This document shows, in pieces, positions 12,870 through 24,448 of a stretch of DNA of 64,000 nucleotides; position 1 is the stretch's first letter, and every line of letters starts with the position of its first letter. The stretch comes from Blepharisma stoltei ATCC 30299. Taxonomy: Eukaryota > Protista > Ciliophora. A program made the position numbers and the translations under genes. Location of the stretch: assembly GCA_965603825.1 (NCBI GenBank), contig CBFDEM010000047.1, positions 434,001-498,000 of the forward strand. The letters run 5' to 3'. The notes below the pieces were generated by a model that was given only the letters and a program-made list of their open reading frames with translations, was not told where the DNA came from and did not search any database.

Positions 12870-15800
12870 ATGAAAAAATCCCAAACTGCATCATCATCTT
12901 TATCAAGACGAAGCCCGAAATTCGAAGATTTAAAATACAATGACAAAGACATCAACAGTTTTGCGTTCAATTTCACAAAATCCCCAAGAGAGCCGATGGA
13001 TAAGCAACGAATTTATACAGCCTCAAATGTAAAGATCCCAAGATTGAAACTGCTAAATTCAGGTAAAATAGAAAAAAATGACTCTGATCCAAGTTTATTT
13101 CGAGTCTCAGGGTCCCGCTCAACTCGTGATATTTCCCATATCAAAGACAAAGCAAAAGATGAGTCAATGTCACCATGTCTCCCTCCAATTCTCCCAACTG
13201 ATATAAGTGCACTGGCAAAGCTAATTGATACAACAGATCCATTAGGAATCCCTAACTCATATAGCCCACGCCGTATAAATTCCCCAACAAACTGTCAAAA
13301 AGGAGCCTGTTCTGAAATTTTATCAAAAATTCCCAACAAGCAGAGCCTAAAACCTGAGCAGTCAGCTGACTTGCTAGAGAGGCATTATTTAGGAAGCCCA
13401 ACGGGCAGACAAGATGTATATAACCTCAAAGAATGACTCAAAAAAATGAAAGAAATTTATGTGAAAGGAATTTCAATAGAAAATGACCAGCTAACTATTG
13501 AAGAGCTAACAAAAGCTGAAGTAATATATGAAATGTGTGAGCGAGAAATAATTCGTCAGGTAAGTGTAACTTGCCTTGAAAGAGGCGAGCTCATGCAAGA
13601 AGTGCATGCTTATTTTCTGAAACTGCATAAACTGAAGCTTGACACCCTTGTAAAAGAGCATAACGGAAAACTAGAAAAAATTAAAGGCGAAATGGAAGTC
13701 ATGGGGAAAAAGCACACTGTCACAAGAGCAAAAGCCCAAGAAGAAATAAAAAGCTTGAATGAGAACATCGAGAGTTTAACGAACGAAAAAAATATTCTGC
13801 TGGGAGAAATTTCTTCACTGCAGGAGAGGCTGAATGAAATGATGGAAAAAGCAAGCCAGGAGTTTTTAAAGCTTAGGACTAGAAGGTCTTCATTTATGAA
13901 ACCAAGCAACACTATGATGCCAGAAGCGAGAAAACTAGAAAGCTCTGACATAGAAGCATCATTCAGTTATAACCATGAGATGGTTCCTGATAAGATTAAT
14001 ACGAAAAATGAAATTCTACTAAACGAAGACCACCCAAATCCTCCTAAAATTTCATTCCTGAGAGAAAAAACGAATATTTATAAATTCGATGAAGGGACAC
14101 ACATTTTGCCAATATATCGACAACTTTTTAAATTTGAGAAAAAGTGAGAAGACCAAGAAATACAGGTCGAGCTCGATAAAGAAAATGAAAAAACATTTTC
14201 AGAAATCAGCACACAAACTTCGAATGAGAATAATAGCGAATCGGACTCTGGAAAAAGATTTGGAGATGCAGCTGCACAAGTTAAAAGAAAAAAAGGAAAA
14301 AGCAGAAGAGGAACGCTTGTAGGGAAACTTAAAATACCTGATTTGTCTCCTAAGCCTTCAATAAACCCTTCTCTTCTTAGAACTCCTGATGCATCGCCTA
14401 GGCCTTCAATTAACTCTTTAGTTCCTCCAAAAACTCCTCAGCCCCAAAACAGAAGCAAATCTCCTGCAACTCCTTTATCAGAAAGAAAAGGTGATAGAAG
14501 GAAATCATTTATGGTGAAACCTACAAGTTTCTTGATCCCTGATGAGTTCCCAGTACTAATAAATGAGCCTGCAAGCCCTGCAAAAGCAAAACCTGCGATT
14601 GTTATCAAGCAAATTGATCCCAATGGAAAATTGATAGATGAAGGGATAATACAAAAGCAAGAGGAATTGAGAAAAATAAATTCAGAAATTTCAAATAAGA
14701 CCAATGAGCTTGAAAAGCTTGATCATAAATTGAAAATATTTGAAAGCCTAATTAGGAAAATGGGAATACAGACTCAAAATCCTTTACTATCAGAAAAGCA
14801 AAGCCCTACATTACAGACAGAGAAAAAAACTCAAAAAAATCCCTTATTATTTGTAAAGCCAAAAAAAAAGCGAAAAAGAAGCGGGAGTGAAGATATCAAA
14901 ATTGAAGTGTCTGATACTGATAGACTAGAGACTCAGGGATCATATAATGATCTATCAATATTCTCAAGCAAAGACTCTAAAAAGTCTAAAAAAATGAATC
15001 AAGGAGACATCGTTAAGCTAGAAGAAATCATCAAAAATCTTCCTCCAGATTTCGATTTAGAGGTCTGGAACTCTGGCTACAATTGTGGATTTGAAATGGG
15101 CAAAAAAGAAGGCTTTGAAAACGGTGAAGAATTAGGCATAGAAGAAGGAATTTTGCAAGGATACGTTAATGCTCTTCGCGAAACAAATGATGAAGGCTAT
15201 ACGTCAGCAAATGAAGAGCATTGAACTGACTCCTCGATAGAAAGTTCTGCAACAGATATGCCTAGCACTCTAAGAGATAATCTTCTCGATTTCCAAAACT
15301 TTTCAGTAGAAATGATGGAATCGCCATTTGACAAAGAAATTCATGATGCGTCATTTTCAGACGATGAAGATAAAGCCCAAGAGAAAAGCTATAAGCCTTT
15401 GAATAAAAGAGAAATTATAATGAAAAAAAGAACAAAAATAGTAACAAAATTTATGGAATTCCATTTTGGAAGGAGAAATATGGTCCACATCAAAAAAGTT
15501 AACCCTGCAAGCAAGCTAATGGCGGATTTTTTGACTAATAAAATTGGCTGAATTATTAAGCGCGCCTCAATGACCAGCAAAATGGTGAATAGAATCATGG
15601 CAACTGTGTATGAGGGCTTTGCAAATAAAATAAAAACTGACGAAGATGGGTTGCTGGAAGCCACTTATGATGAGTTTTCTCAGAAATATGGCTTGAAAAC
15701 TGTATGTGACCGAAAATTCTTAGAATTTATCGCATCTTTGTTCAAAACTGCTGACAACCTAAGATCATTAGTTTACCTCAAATTCATTGGGGCGGGTGAA

Positions 15801-16622
15801 AAGTTATATGTAAGAAATTATAACAAAAAAAGCCTGGAAATTTATTTAGACGCTCTTGCATTCATGTACAATTCTAAAATTGGGATTACTATAAACCTTG
15901 ACGATACTTCAGATCAAATTTATTTACCAACAATCAGAGCAGTTGAATGTATAAAGGAAAAAATGGAAAACTTCGCTGATAAAAAGATGATTGCTCAAAT
16001 TGTTTCTATTGTAGAAAAAGCATCAATTCCTGATCCGAAGCGAATCAATCAAGGTGGATTAATTGAATCTGAGCTTGTTTTGAAACTTATTATAGACACT
16101 TATGAAGAATATCAAATAAGAGCTCAAGAAGGTGTCATCCAAGCCTTGAAGTCTATAAAATATGATGAGGATTTATCAGGGATTTCTAAAGCAGAATTTT
16201 TAATTCTTATTAGAAATATTTCGCCTCAAAAATATAGAAATTGGCATTTTGATGAAGAGCCAGCCCAAGATAAGTTGGAAGACTTTTTACAATTAGATAA
16301 ATTAGTATCGTTGTGTATAGATAAAGGATTACTACTCATTAATGACTTAAAAGAGTATTTGCCGCTGCCTATTGATTATTCTCAAGAAGATATCTTATCA
16401 GAAATTGATTATACTAAAGAAGAGCTTTATTCTATTATTTCCCAGTTAAAAATTACTAATATAGAAAAACCAATAAAAATTTTATCCCCTGATCAATGGG
16501 AAATAAAACTACAAAATTGTGAAAAATCAATCACACAGCGAGAGCCTCATCTTACGAAGCTTGCATGGAAAATATTCCAAGATGAATTAATATATATTCG
16601 TAATGAATGTTTTACCCCCTAG
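12870..16622 (+). CDS. Axonemal dynein light chain (p28/AXDND1-like) domain coiled-coil protein, 1,250 aa
   Basis: Five same-frame ORFs joined by TGA; motif PTGRQDVYNLKEWL...EIIRQVSVTCLERGELM resembles the Ax_dynein_light domain; ends TAG. Confidence 0.75.
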
Positions 16623-16644
16623 TTGATTTTACTAAAATTTAAAT

Positions 16645-17301
16645 ATGTCAATTATAGGTCAAGGTCTTTCACGTGAAGACATCAGTAGGGCACTTGGACT
16701 TGTGAGATATTTAGAAGAACAGCCTGAATCCTTGAACTTTTCAGTTCCCGTGGACTACATATTGCTGCAGCTTCATGACTATCCATATATCATTAAGCAG
16801 CCAATGGACCTCTCAACGGTGAAAAAGAAAATAAAAACAAGTCAATATGCGAACTTTGAAGACATGCTTTGCGACTTAATCCTTATATGAGATAACTGTA
16901 GAACTTACAATATGGTTGAGTCTCCAATTGTGCAACAGGCTGATGCAATGGAAAGGTGCATGCTAAGATTTTGCAATCAGCATGGGATATCACTTGAAGC
17001 CGCAATGAGAAAGCCTAGAATTGAAGAACACCCTGATTGTGTAAGTTTTAAAGACAAAGAAGCTCTCTCTGAAAGGCTTAAAATAACCCCGCCAGAAAAA
17101 TTAGAGGAAATTGTACATATAATTGAAAGAGAATGCCCATATGCTATATTAAAAATTACAGAAGAAAGATCACAGTTAAGGATTGATGCAATCGATAAAA
17201 AGGTATTTCAAAGAATTAATAGGTAAATGATATACAGAATGCTAGACAATGAAGAAAGGGATTCTTCATTACCTATAAAAAAGATTAAAAATGAAGCCTA
17301 G
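16645..17301 (+). CDS. Small bromodomain + ET/NET domain protein
   Basis: FSVPVD...DYPYIIKQPMDLSTVKKK...LI[TGA=W]DNCRTYN, then an ET-like segment; one tiny intron; ends TAG 17299-17301. Confidence 0.9.
17223..17237 (+). other. 15-nt intron
   Basis: GTAAATGATATACAG, A10, carries an in-frame TAA. Confidence 0.8.
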
Positions 17302-17326
17302 TGAGTAATAATGATTAGCCATTATC

Positions 17327-18700
17327 CTAATTCTCATTCTTTTTACTTAATAAAACTGATTTCATCCTGGTGACATCTTTGCGATCCTCTTTAAAATCAA
17401 TCATAGAAGCGACCTTTTTCCAGCTAGTTTTATCGTTGAATTCAGCCTTTTGCTGCTTCTTGTAGGTTTCCTCATCTCTATTCATTGCTCTCTTCTGCTC
17501 TGTCATTTTGGCTCTGTTGTCATACCAAAGTTTTAACTCTTCTTTGGCTTTTCTTCTTTTCTCATCCTTAACTGCTCTTTCTTTTTCGTCTTTTTGGTAG
17601 AGTTTTCTCATAAACTCTTGATTTTCAGCATCTCGGGCTCTTGTCCTTTCGATTTCTTCTAAATCTTCTTCTGTTGGAGCATGAGGTGCTGTCCCAGCTT
17701 GGCCAAAAGCATCTTGATTGGACTCTTGGCCTGCAAAGTATTGAGGATCTGAGTTTTGAGCTCCGAAAGGCTGAGCTGCAAATGCATCACTGTATTGTGG
17801 TTCTGAGCTACCTCCAAAAATATCTCCACTGCTTTGAGGTTCAAATGCATCACTGTAAGGTGGAGCTGAGCTGCCTGCAAAAATATCTCCACTATACTGC
17901 TGAGTAGTTCCACCAAAGATATCACCAGATTCCCCGCTCTGTGGCTGATTTCCAAAAAAGTCGTTTTCCTCTTCAAATACATTCTGACTTGGCTGAGCCT
18001 GATTTCCCGCCCCAGAAAGCAGCCCCTGCATCGCTTGTTCAGCTTCCTTCTGTCCTGTTTTAATATCAAATGACATAAGCCCTTCCACTCCTTTTTCTTG
18101 GCTTCCTTCTACAATTTCTTCTTGCAAGTCTCCTCCATACCTCACACTCCTTCTGATAGGGTTCACTTTGTCTCCCAGTTCTGGTTTTTCCCATTCCATT
18201 TCTTCAAACTCGCCAGGCTGCATGATATTCCAATGGATTTCGCCTTCAGTTTTATTGAAATCGAAAATCTGGCTCCACAAGTTGTTGTTTTGATCAAGCT
18301 TAGCCTTTTGTAAATGCTGATCTTGTAAAGGATATGAAAAGTTGTAGGGACCAAATACAAGATTGCTTGAATATTCAATTGAAGGATCTGAGGAACAATA
18401 TAAATAAATTTTGAGATCTCTGCAGTTTTTAAGGCGAAATTGTCCACAGACTGCAGTGATTATGCAGTTCGAACAGTCACGGAGAAAAATTGGGCCTTCG
18501 GTAGGACCGAAGTGTAAGCGGCAATTTTTGCATTTGTCACCAGTGACTTGAGCAATGGTGTCGAGAAGATAAACAGTGCAATCTTCAAGGGTGTCAATTG
18601 AAAAATCATAGGGGAAAATTTGTCCTGGCTCTCGGGTTAAGGTTTCGCCTACTTTCTTTTCAAATCTAAAGTCAGCTGGATTAGGCCTTTTTCGTGCCAT
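17327..18700 (-). CDS. RP2/XRP2-like TBCC domain fused to a clathrin light chain-like C-terminal domain, 457 aa
   Basis: N-term CGQFRLKNC..PSIEYS..NNLWSQIFDF (RP2-like); C-term AKEELKLWYDNR...SWKKVASMIDF...KDVTRMKSVLLSKK (CLC-like); one uninterrupted ORF. Confidence 0.85.
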   Translation of the reverse strand: MARKRPNPADFRFEKKVGETLTREPGQIFPYDFSIDTLEDCTVYLLDTIAQVTGDKCKNCRLHFGPTEGPIFLRDCSNCIITAVCGQFRLKNCRDLKIYLYCSSDPSIEYSSNLVFGPYNFSYPLQDQHLQKAKLDQNNNLWSQIFDFNKTEGEIHWNIMQPGEFEEMEWEKPELGDKVNPIRRSVRYGGDLQEEIVEGSQEKGVEGLMSFDIKTGQKEAEQAMQGLLSGAGNQAQPSQNVFEEENDFFGNQPQSGESGDIFGGTTQQYSGDIFAGSSAPPYSDAFEPQSSGDIFGGSSEPQYSDAFAAQPFGAQNSDPQYFAGQESNQDAFGQAGTAPHAPTEEDLEEIERTRARDAENQEFMRKLYQKDEKERAVKDEKRRKAKEELKLWYDNRAKMTEQKRAMNRDEETYKKQQKAEFNDKTSWKKVASMIDFKEDRKDVTRMKSVLLSKKNEN

Positions 18701-18955
18701 TATAAATTAATAGGCAAAGTAAACGAATATAGCCGTGATATTGAAAAATTACAAAATTAACAGGTTTGTATAGAAATTCTGTAATTAATGGTTTTTGTTA
18801 ATTTAAGCTAAAGTTTTAAAACGCTTTTTTGCTTGCTAATAGGAACAATAAATAATCTATGACTTTATTAATAATTTTGGCTAAATTATAAAATTAATAG
18901 CTTTTTGTTTTGAAGTCTCTGCTCTTTATATCCCATTTTATACGATTTTATTATT

Positions 18956-19676
18956 TTAATAGAATGATGTCTTTTTGCATGTATTTTTTAAATTGCTTGC
19001 AATCGTATAAGGAATCAATAAGATTTGTGCGACAGTTTTAATCAAGCTGAAACCTTCAGGTCTTTCTTCATCATTATCATTATTTATCATTCTTTTATAT
19101 AGCTCTTTCGCTTTCATATTATCTTGCGCTATTTGATTTGATAATTCAATCATTTTCTTTTTAAGGGCTACTTCTTCTACGAATCTTAGGCCTAGCTTTA
19201 AATCTTCTTCAGCCAGGTCACTTCTTCCCATTTTATATCTAGCTTGGGCTCTTCTTTCTAATGCCCGTTGATGGTTTTCTTTAAAGAGTAACGCTTGTGT
19301 TGCTAAATTTTCAGCATTTTCTGGCTTATTCAACGATAGCATGCATGACGATAAATTGCATAATAGCACAGCTCCACAATTGTTGTCGCCTAGAAGCTTT
19401 GCTGCAATTAAAGCTTCCATATAAATCTTTACAGCATCTTCGTATTTTTTATTTTTAAACAGACGGTTTCCTATTAGCTTATGATAGGAAAGTCATTCTT
19501 GTTTTTCATCATTATCGAGAAAGCTTAATTCTCTGCTGACCTTTTTAGCATTTTGTTCGGTTGTTAATTTTTGCTCGATGGCTTCTACGTTTCTATTTGA
19601 CTTGTTACATTTCTCGACCTGAAGTATCACAGACGACAGCTCCGGATTCTTTCAGGATATCTCTAAGTCCTTCCAT
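18956..19676 (-). CDS. TPR-repeat protein
   Basis: ATG 19676; a 16-nt intron restores the frame; GNRLFKNKKYEDAVKIYMEAL...CNLSSCML...ALERRAQAR TPR pattern. Confidence 0.8.
19593..19608 (-). other. 16-nt intron
   Basis: GTAACAAGTCAAATAG, A six nt from the 3' end; removal joins ATG 19676 to the TPR frame. Confidence 0.75.
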
Positions 19677-19685
19677 TATAAAAAT

Positions 19686-20447
19686 ATGGAAAAAGTGTAT
19701 AGGCCTCTGATTTGGATTGTGAACTTTGCCATGAATGAAATGCAGGATTTTTATGGGACTAAGCTTAGATACATAATTAACTTACAAAAGGGTGGCACTG
19801 CGCCATTTGTTTGATTCTTGATGAATTACTACCAAAATTTTGAGATAGGAGCCTGGGCTTATTTAGTACTGCATGGAAGCTATGGAATTGTATGGCTTAT
19901 CAAAGACTGTGCATTTCCTGATAAGAATTTTGATAAGAAGGTATCAGTCCTAGCAATAACTCTTGTAAGCGCTGTCCTGCTCTTATATTGGGTACTACCA
20001 TGACTACTAATAAGTAGAACTGCAAGCCAAATAATAAGCCCAGAAAGGATAGCCATCTCTGTTTCTCTCGTAGTAATCGGAGTGTGCATAATGATAGCAA
20101 GCGATGCTCAAAAATATTTTACTTTAGAATACAAAAAAGGCTTAATTTCTGAGGGAATGTTTTCTTATTCGAGAAACCCAAATTATTTTGGCGAAATATT
20201 AATTTATTTAGGCTTTGGAGTGCTGGTCGGCCACTGGCTGTCTTATACAATTTTATTCACGATTTGGACAACAATTTTTATGAGTCTAATGATTCAAAAA
20301 GACCAATCCTTGAAAAAGAAAGATGGATGGAATGAGTACAAGAAAAGGTCTTGGATCTTACTCCCTAAGCTTGTTCCCAGTTCATCTACATTGACAATAG
20401 GAATTTATGCTATTATTTTTTCAGCATTATATTTAAAAATAGCCTAA
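19686..20447 (+). CDS. DUF1295 / steroid 5-alpha-reductase-like membrane protein
   Basis: HGSYGIVWLIKD..FPD, SDAQKY, SRNPNYFGEILIY motifs; two TGA=Trp joins. Confidence 0.85.
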
Positions 20448-20479
20448 TAGTTCCTCTAATAAACGCATAAATTATAAAT

Positions 20480-20671
20480 ATGGAATTTGAAAAAGATAAA
20501 AATAAACCCGAGCACCCATTTCTAAAAAGAACCAGAAGTCATCTAGGAATTACGCTGAGCCCTCCAATGAATGTAAAAGATAAAGAGCAACCTCATAAAG
20601 GAGATATTTTGCAGAAAAAGAGCGATGGGTTAAAAATGGACGTTTTTCCAATTCGTAATTATGTGTGTTAA
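20480..20671 (+). CDS. Possible small hypothetical protein (63 aa)
   Basis: AT-rich ATG context and coding-like composition; no recognisable domain. Confidence 0.3.
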   Translation: MEFEKDKNKPEHPFLKRTRSHLGITLSPPMNVKDKEQPHKGDILQKKSDGLKMDVFPIRNYVC

Positions 20672-21224
20672 TTGGTAAATAAAAATTCCTAAAGTGATTT
20701 TTTGAAATATAAATATAATTTTATTTTGATCAAATTGATTGCAATTCAAAATCTATGAATATAACGATGACTGATGAAATAAGCTTTATTAAATTGCATC
20801 ATCATAAGTAGCTTAAATTATTTTGGAAATAAGAATTAGATATAGTATATTAAGTGAGAGGTTGTTAGCTATAAGTATGAGAATCTGGCTGCAAAATATG
20901 GAATTAAGAAAATAAATCATAAGAGTAAATATGAGAAAATAGGAGATAATAAACAAAAATTAAAATTTTAGTCAGCATTAATAATTTAAAATTTATGTTA
21001 TAAAAGAATCATGCTGAAAAGCAATTATTTATTAAAACAAAAATTCACAAGTAACTAATCATTCAAAGAAATGCAGTATAGAGTTAATTAGTGTTAAGCT
21101 TACTAATATTCATTAGCCTGAAACATCTTCTTCTCTTGATCAGCATATTTCATAATAATTTAAGTTATTAGTTCTATCTTAAACTTTACTTTATAAATTG
21201 CTGAAATTACGTTAAATTTCACTT

Positions 21225-21583
21225 TTATTCTTTTTTTAGTCCTCTTCCAAAGCCTCCAGTTCTTCTAGGTCTATCGTCATCTCTAGGCTTCTTAACTGCA
21301 GGTGCTTTATAGATATCAGGCCTAATATTTGTAGGTAATCCGAGATATTCACACATCGCAATTATTCCTTTCTCGTTTAAATAATAATAGAACCATTGCC
21401 AGTTGAATTTTTCCTCCTCAGTCCTCTTGACTTCAAACTCTTGCAAATCATCATAATTTTTAGATTTGGAACAGGAATGTCTTGATGCTTTGGTAGCCCG
21501 GTATCTTTTCTTACTACAAGTGTTCCTTCTTTCAATAAGTATTGGTAAATTTGCCTCTTTTCACTTTTAGACACAAGCACCAT
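21225..21583 (-). pseudogene. RPS10: 40S ribosomal protein eS10 with a 1-nt frameshift (pseudogene or assembly error)
   Basis: MVLVSKSEKRQIYQYLLKEG...VPNL...SLKSRG in one frame and EKFNWQWFYYYLNEKGI...YLGLP in another; no suitable intron at the junction (~21415-21422). Confidence 0.8.
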
Positions 21584-23190
21584 TTATAAACCAATCTTTA
21601 TTGCAATTGCAATGTGAAAAAGAGATGAGATTCACTTTTAAGCTTAAAGCTTTTTTACTGAAAAAATTTATAGAGAAGAGAAAAAATAATTAAAAAATAT
21701 TTAAAAGAGAATTATTTATGAATCTTAGAAATGAGAATTTTGAATTTCTAACCAAAAATGATTACGATTACTAAAAATTATCACTTTGTACTCTTGGTTG
21801 ATAAATATCGATATTAAGTGTGTTTGCTAGTAGAATATCTGTTTTATTTTAATATTTGAGATTCCAGTAAAGTTAACCGTCTAGCTTATTAATTCAAGGT
21901 TTTACTTAAATAAATAATTTCCATAGCAAATAAACAAACAAAAAAAACCATATTTAAGAAACCTTTTAATTGCCAAGATTTCAAAAATATAATAGAGGAA
22001 TTACTTTTCCAATTAAAGCCGCCTTTAATATACCTTACAAAATTCATTTTAGATAACATTTCCAATAGAGTTATATGGTTGAACTGCAACTGGTGACTAT
22101 ATATTTATTTCAGACACATTTGACTCTATTGCTGATGTATTGCACGTACACGCTGCAACTCTTTTCACACTTTTGCATCAAACTATTTATCTTGCTTGAA
22201 GAATAAGATGAGGCCGAAAAGAATACTTTAAGATAACTCCTGAAAAGAAATTAGCTGGAGAATATTGAAACCTAGAGTGTGGTAATTTCTTTGAAATCAA
22301 ATTTTTTGTCAGCGGACCAGAAAACTAAAAAGTTATGCAGGAGTGCTTTTATTAAATTTCTTGAGCTGAAATTTAGAAAATGAAGAGTTTATTTAAAAGT
22401 TTTATGAAGAAATAGTAAAGTCACTGAAGGAATCAAATTATGATTTGAGAAAAATGAGAGAACTTTGGAGTTGTTGGATTAGGATGCTGTTTATATATCA
22501 GGGTTTCCTCGCTTGGCTCGAAATTTATCAGAAGAATTTCAAATAGTGAATTAATATGGTAATTTAGATTAATAGCTGGTACTTATAATTAAATCTTCAA
22601 AAAGTAGCCTTTTTTACTTCCTTTTATGATTAGCTTTTCATTAATACTATCTTTCAAATTATATATAATCCCAATCTAAAATATATTAGTTTCCTTATCA
22701 TTCATAATTTTATAATACTGAGCTCAAACAGTTAGATAAATTACTATATTTAGTCCTCTCTTGTCATTCAATATTATTCATCAATAGATTTTACTAAAAT
22801 CAAATTCGCTTCTTTATAGAAGCTTATATTTAATTTTAAATTCAATTTTATCTTGAATTTCATTTTAGGAATTTTAAAGAGTGTTTAAAAATATCTCAAA
22901 CACAAACTTTAATCTGCATCTTATAGCTTTTTGAGAAAGCAAAAGGCATATAATTAAATATTTTATCCATCTTAATTAAGTAAGACATATTAATTAACGT
23001 ATATAATAAATTTAATTATGACCTCAAAAATATGATGCTCGAAGAAGAACTACAAAAATCATTCATAATTAAAAATTAAGAATTTAAAGACGCTAATAAA
23101 GTAATTTTGGATACTTAAATATATAAAGAAGTTGCATTATCTACATTTAATCTTTTATTAAAAAACTTTTCTTTATAACTATAATCGTAT

Positions 23191-23760
23191 TTAACTTATT
23201 TCTCTAATTTCGCTACAATGGTGAACCTTCGCTATATGATCAACTAGCGAATATTTATTATACAATATTTTTTTGCAATACTCACAGATAGCTCTGGTAG
23301 ACTTCTCATGAACTTGCCTTATATGGAAAATCAATGCATACTTGTTCTTATAATTTTTACCACAAACTTCGCAAAGGCACTTTTTCTTACGGTTGCAATG
23401 AATCTTTGCTATATGTTGATGCAGCCCTTTGCGGCTTTTCATAACTTTTTGGCACTTCGGACACCCAATTGTTTCACCAGTTTTTCTGCGGTTATCCAAT
23501 TGAAGTTTTAAGGTTATTGTCTCTTTAGCGGTATCTGGTATTGTATCTTCTATATTTAAGAATCCTTCAATTTCTTTGCAAAATTCCAGCTCTTCTTTGA
23601 TATGTTTTTTAAGAGACGAAGCCGAATCAAAATTTTCAAAGCAAAGGTTGCACTTAAAATCTTTGTTTGAAAATTCTTGAAATTGTGGAGGAAAACCATC
23701 TATGGAATCATCAAAAATTTTGCAGTGCAAAGGGAGTAGTGGATGTGATATTGGATTCAT
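23191..23760 (-). CDS. C2H2 zinc-finger protein
   Basis: Three tandem CxxC..HxxxxH fingers plus one degenerate finger. Confidence 0.85.
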   Translation of the reverse strand: MNPISHPLLPLHCKIFDDSIDGFPPQFQEFSNKDFKCNLCFENFDSASSLKKHIKEELEFCKEIEGFLNIEDTIPDTAKETITLKLQLDNRRKTGETIGCPKCQKVMKSRKGLHQHIAKIHCNRKKKCLCEVCGKNYKNKYALIFHIRQVHEKSTRAICEYCKKILYNKYSLVDHIAKVHHCSEIREIS

Positions 23761-24448
23761 ATCTATTCAATTAACAAATAAATTCAATGGCTTAATTTGG
23801 ACATAAATTGATATAATTAAAAAAGCTTATAACCTTTATAAGTCCTAGATGGAGTTAGGGCTATAATTTTGAGATTTATTTAATAAATTAAAGAGAGGAT
23901 CATTTTAAGTCGATTTTTGGATGGATAATTCTAGCCATCCATATGCCAAGAGGAAACTTTGGTTTTTTTTTGGTATTAATTATAAGCAATTTTTCAATTA
24001 TGAAGCAATTTCTGTATAACTTATAAGTTATTAGACTAATGATTTGAGACAAAATAAGGAATTACATAATATTACATTATTGATATTGATTAAATTTTTA
24101 TATTGAAGTTTTATATATAAAGTTTCTTTATATTCAAATCATTAAAAACATATAAATTTTATTACCCTTCAGACATAAAGAATAATTTTTTGTAAAGTAG
24201 AAAACTGAATAGAAAAATTCTAATTTCTTTTACTTTAATTTTTATTGCTAAAATAATTGTATAAATATGATACAAGCAGTCAAAATTTTTAAAAAACTAC
24301 TTTAATGGCTTAATATTTTAATTAAGAATGATTCTTTTGTATATCAATATTTTTTGATTAAAACTACATAAACAAATAATTTTTGTAATATAAAATTTTA
24401 CCTATATTTTAAAATTTAATTACTTTTTGTTTTAGTTATTATTTCTTC

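Noticed and set aside
22053-22328. About 90-codon open stretch on + with TGA=Trp (GWTATGDYIFISDTFD...)
   Set aside because: No ATG, bounded by TAG/TAA, no recognisable motif; possibly a decayed gene but unsupported
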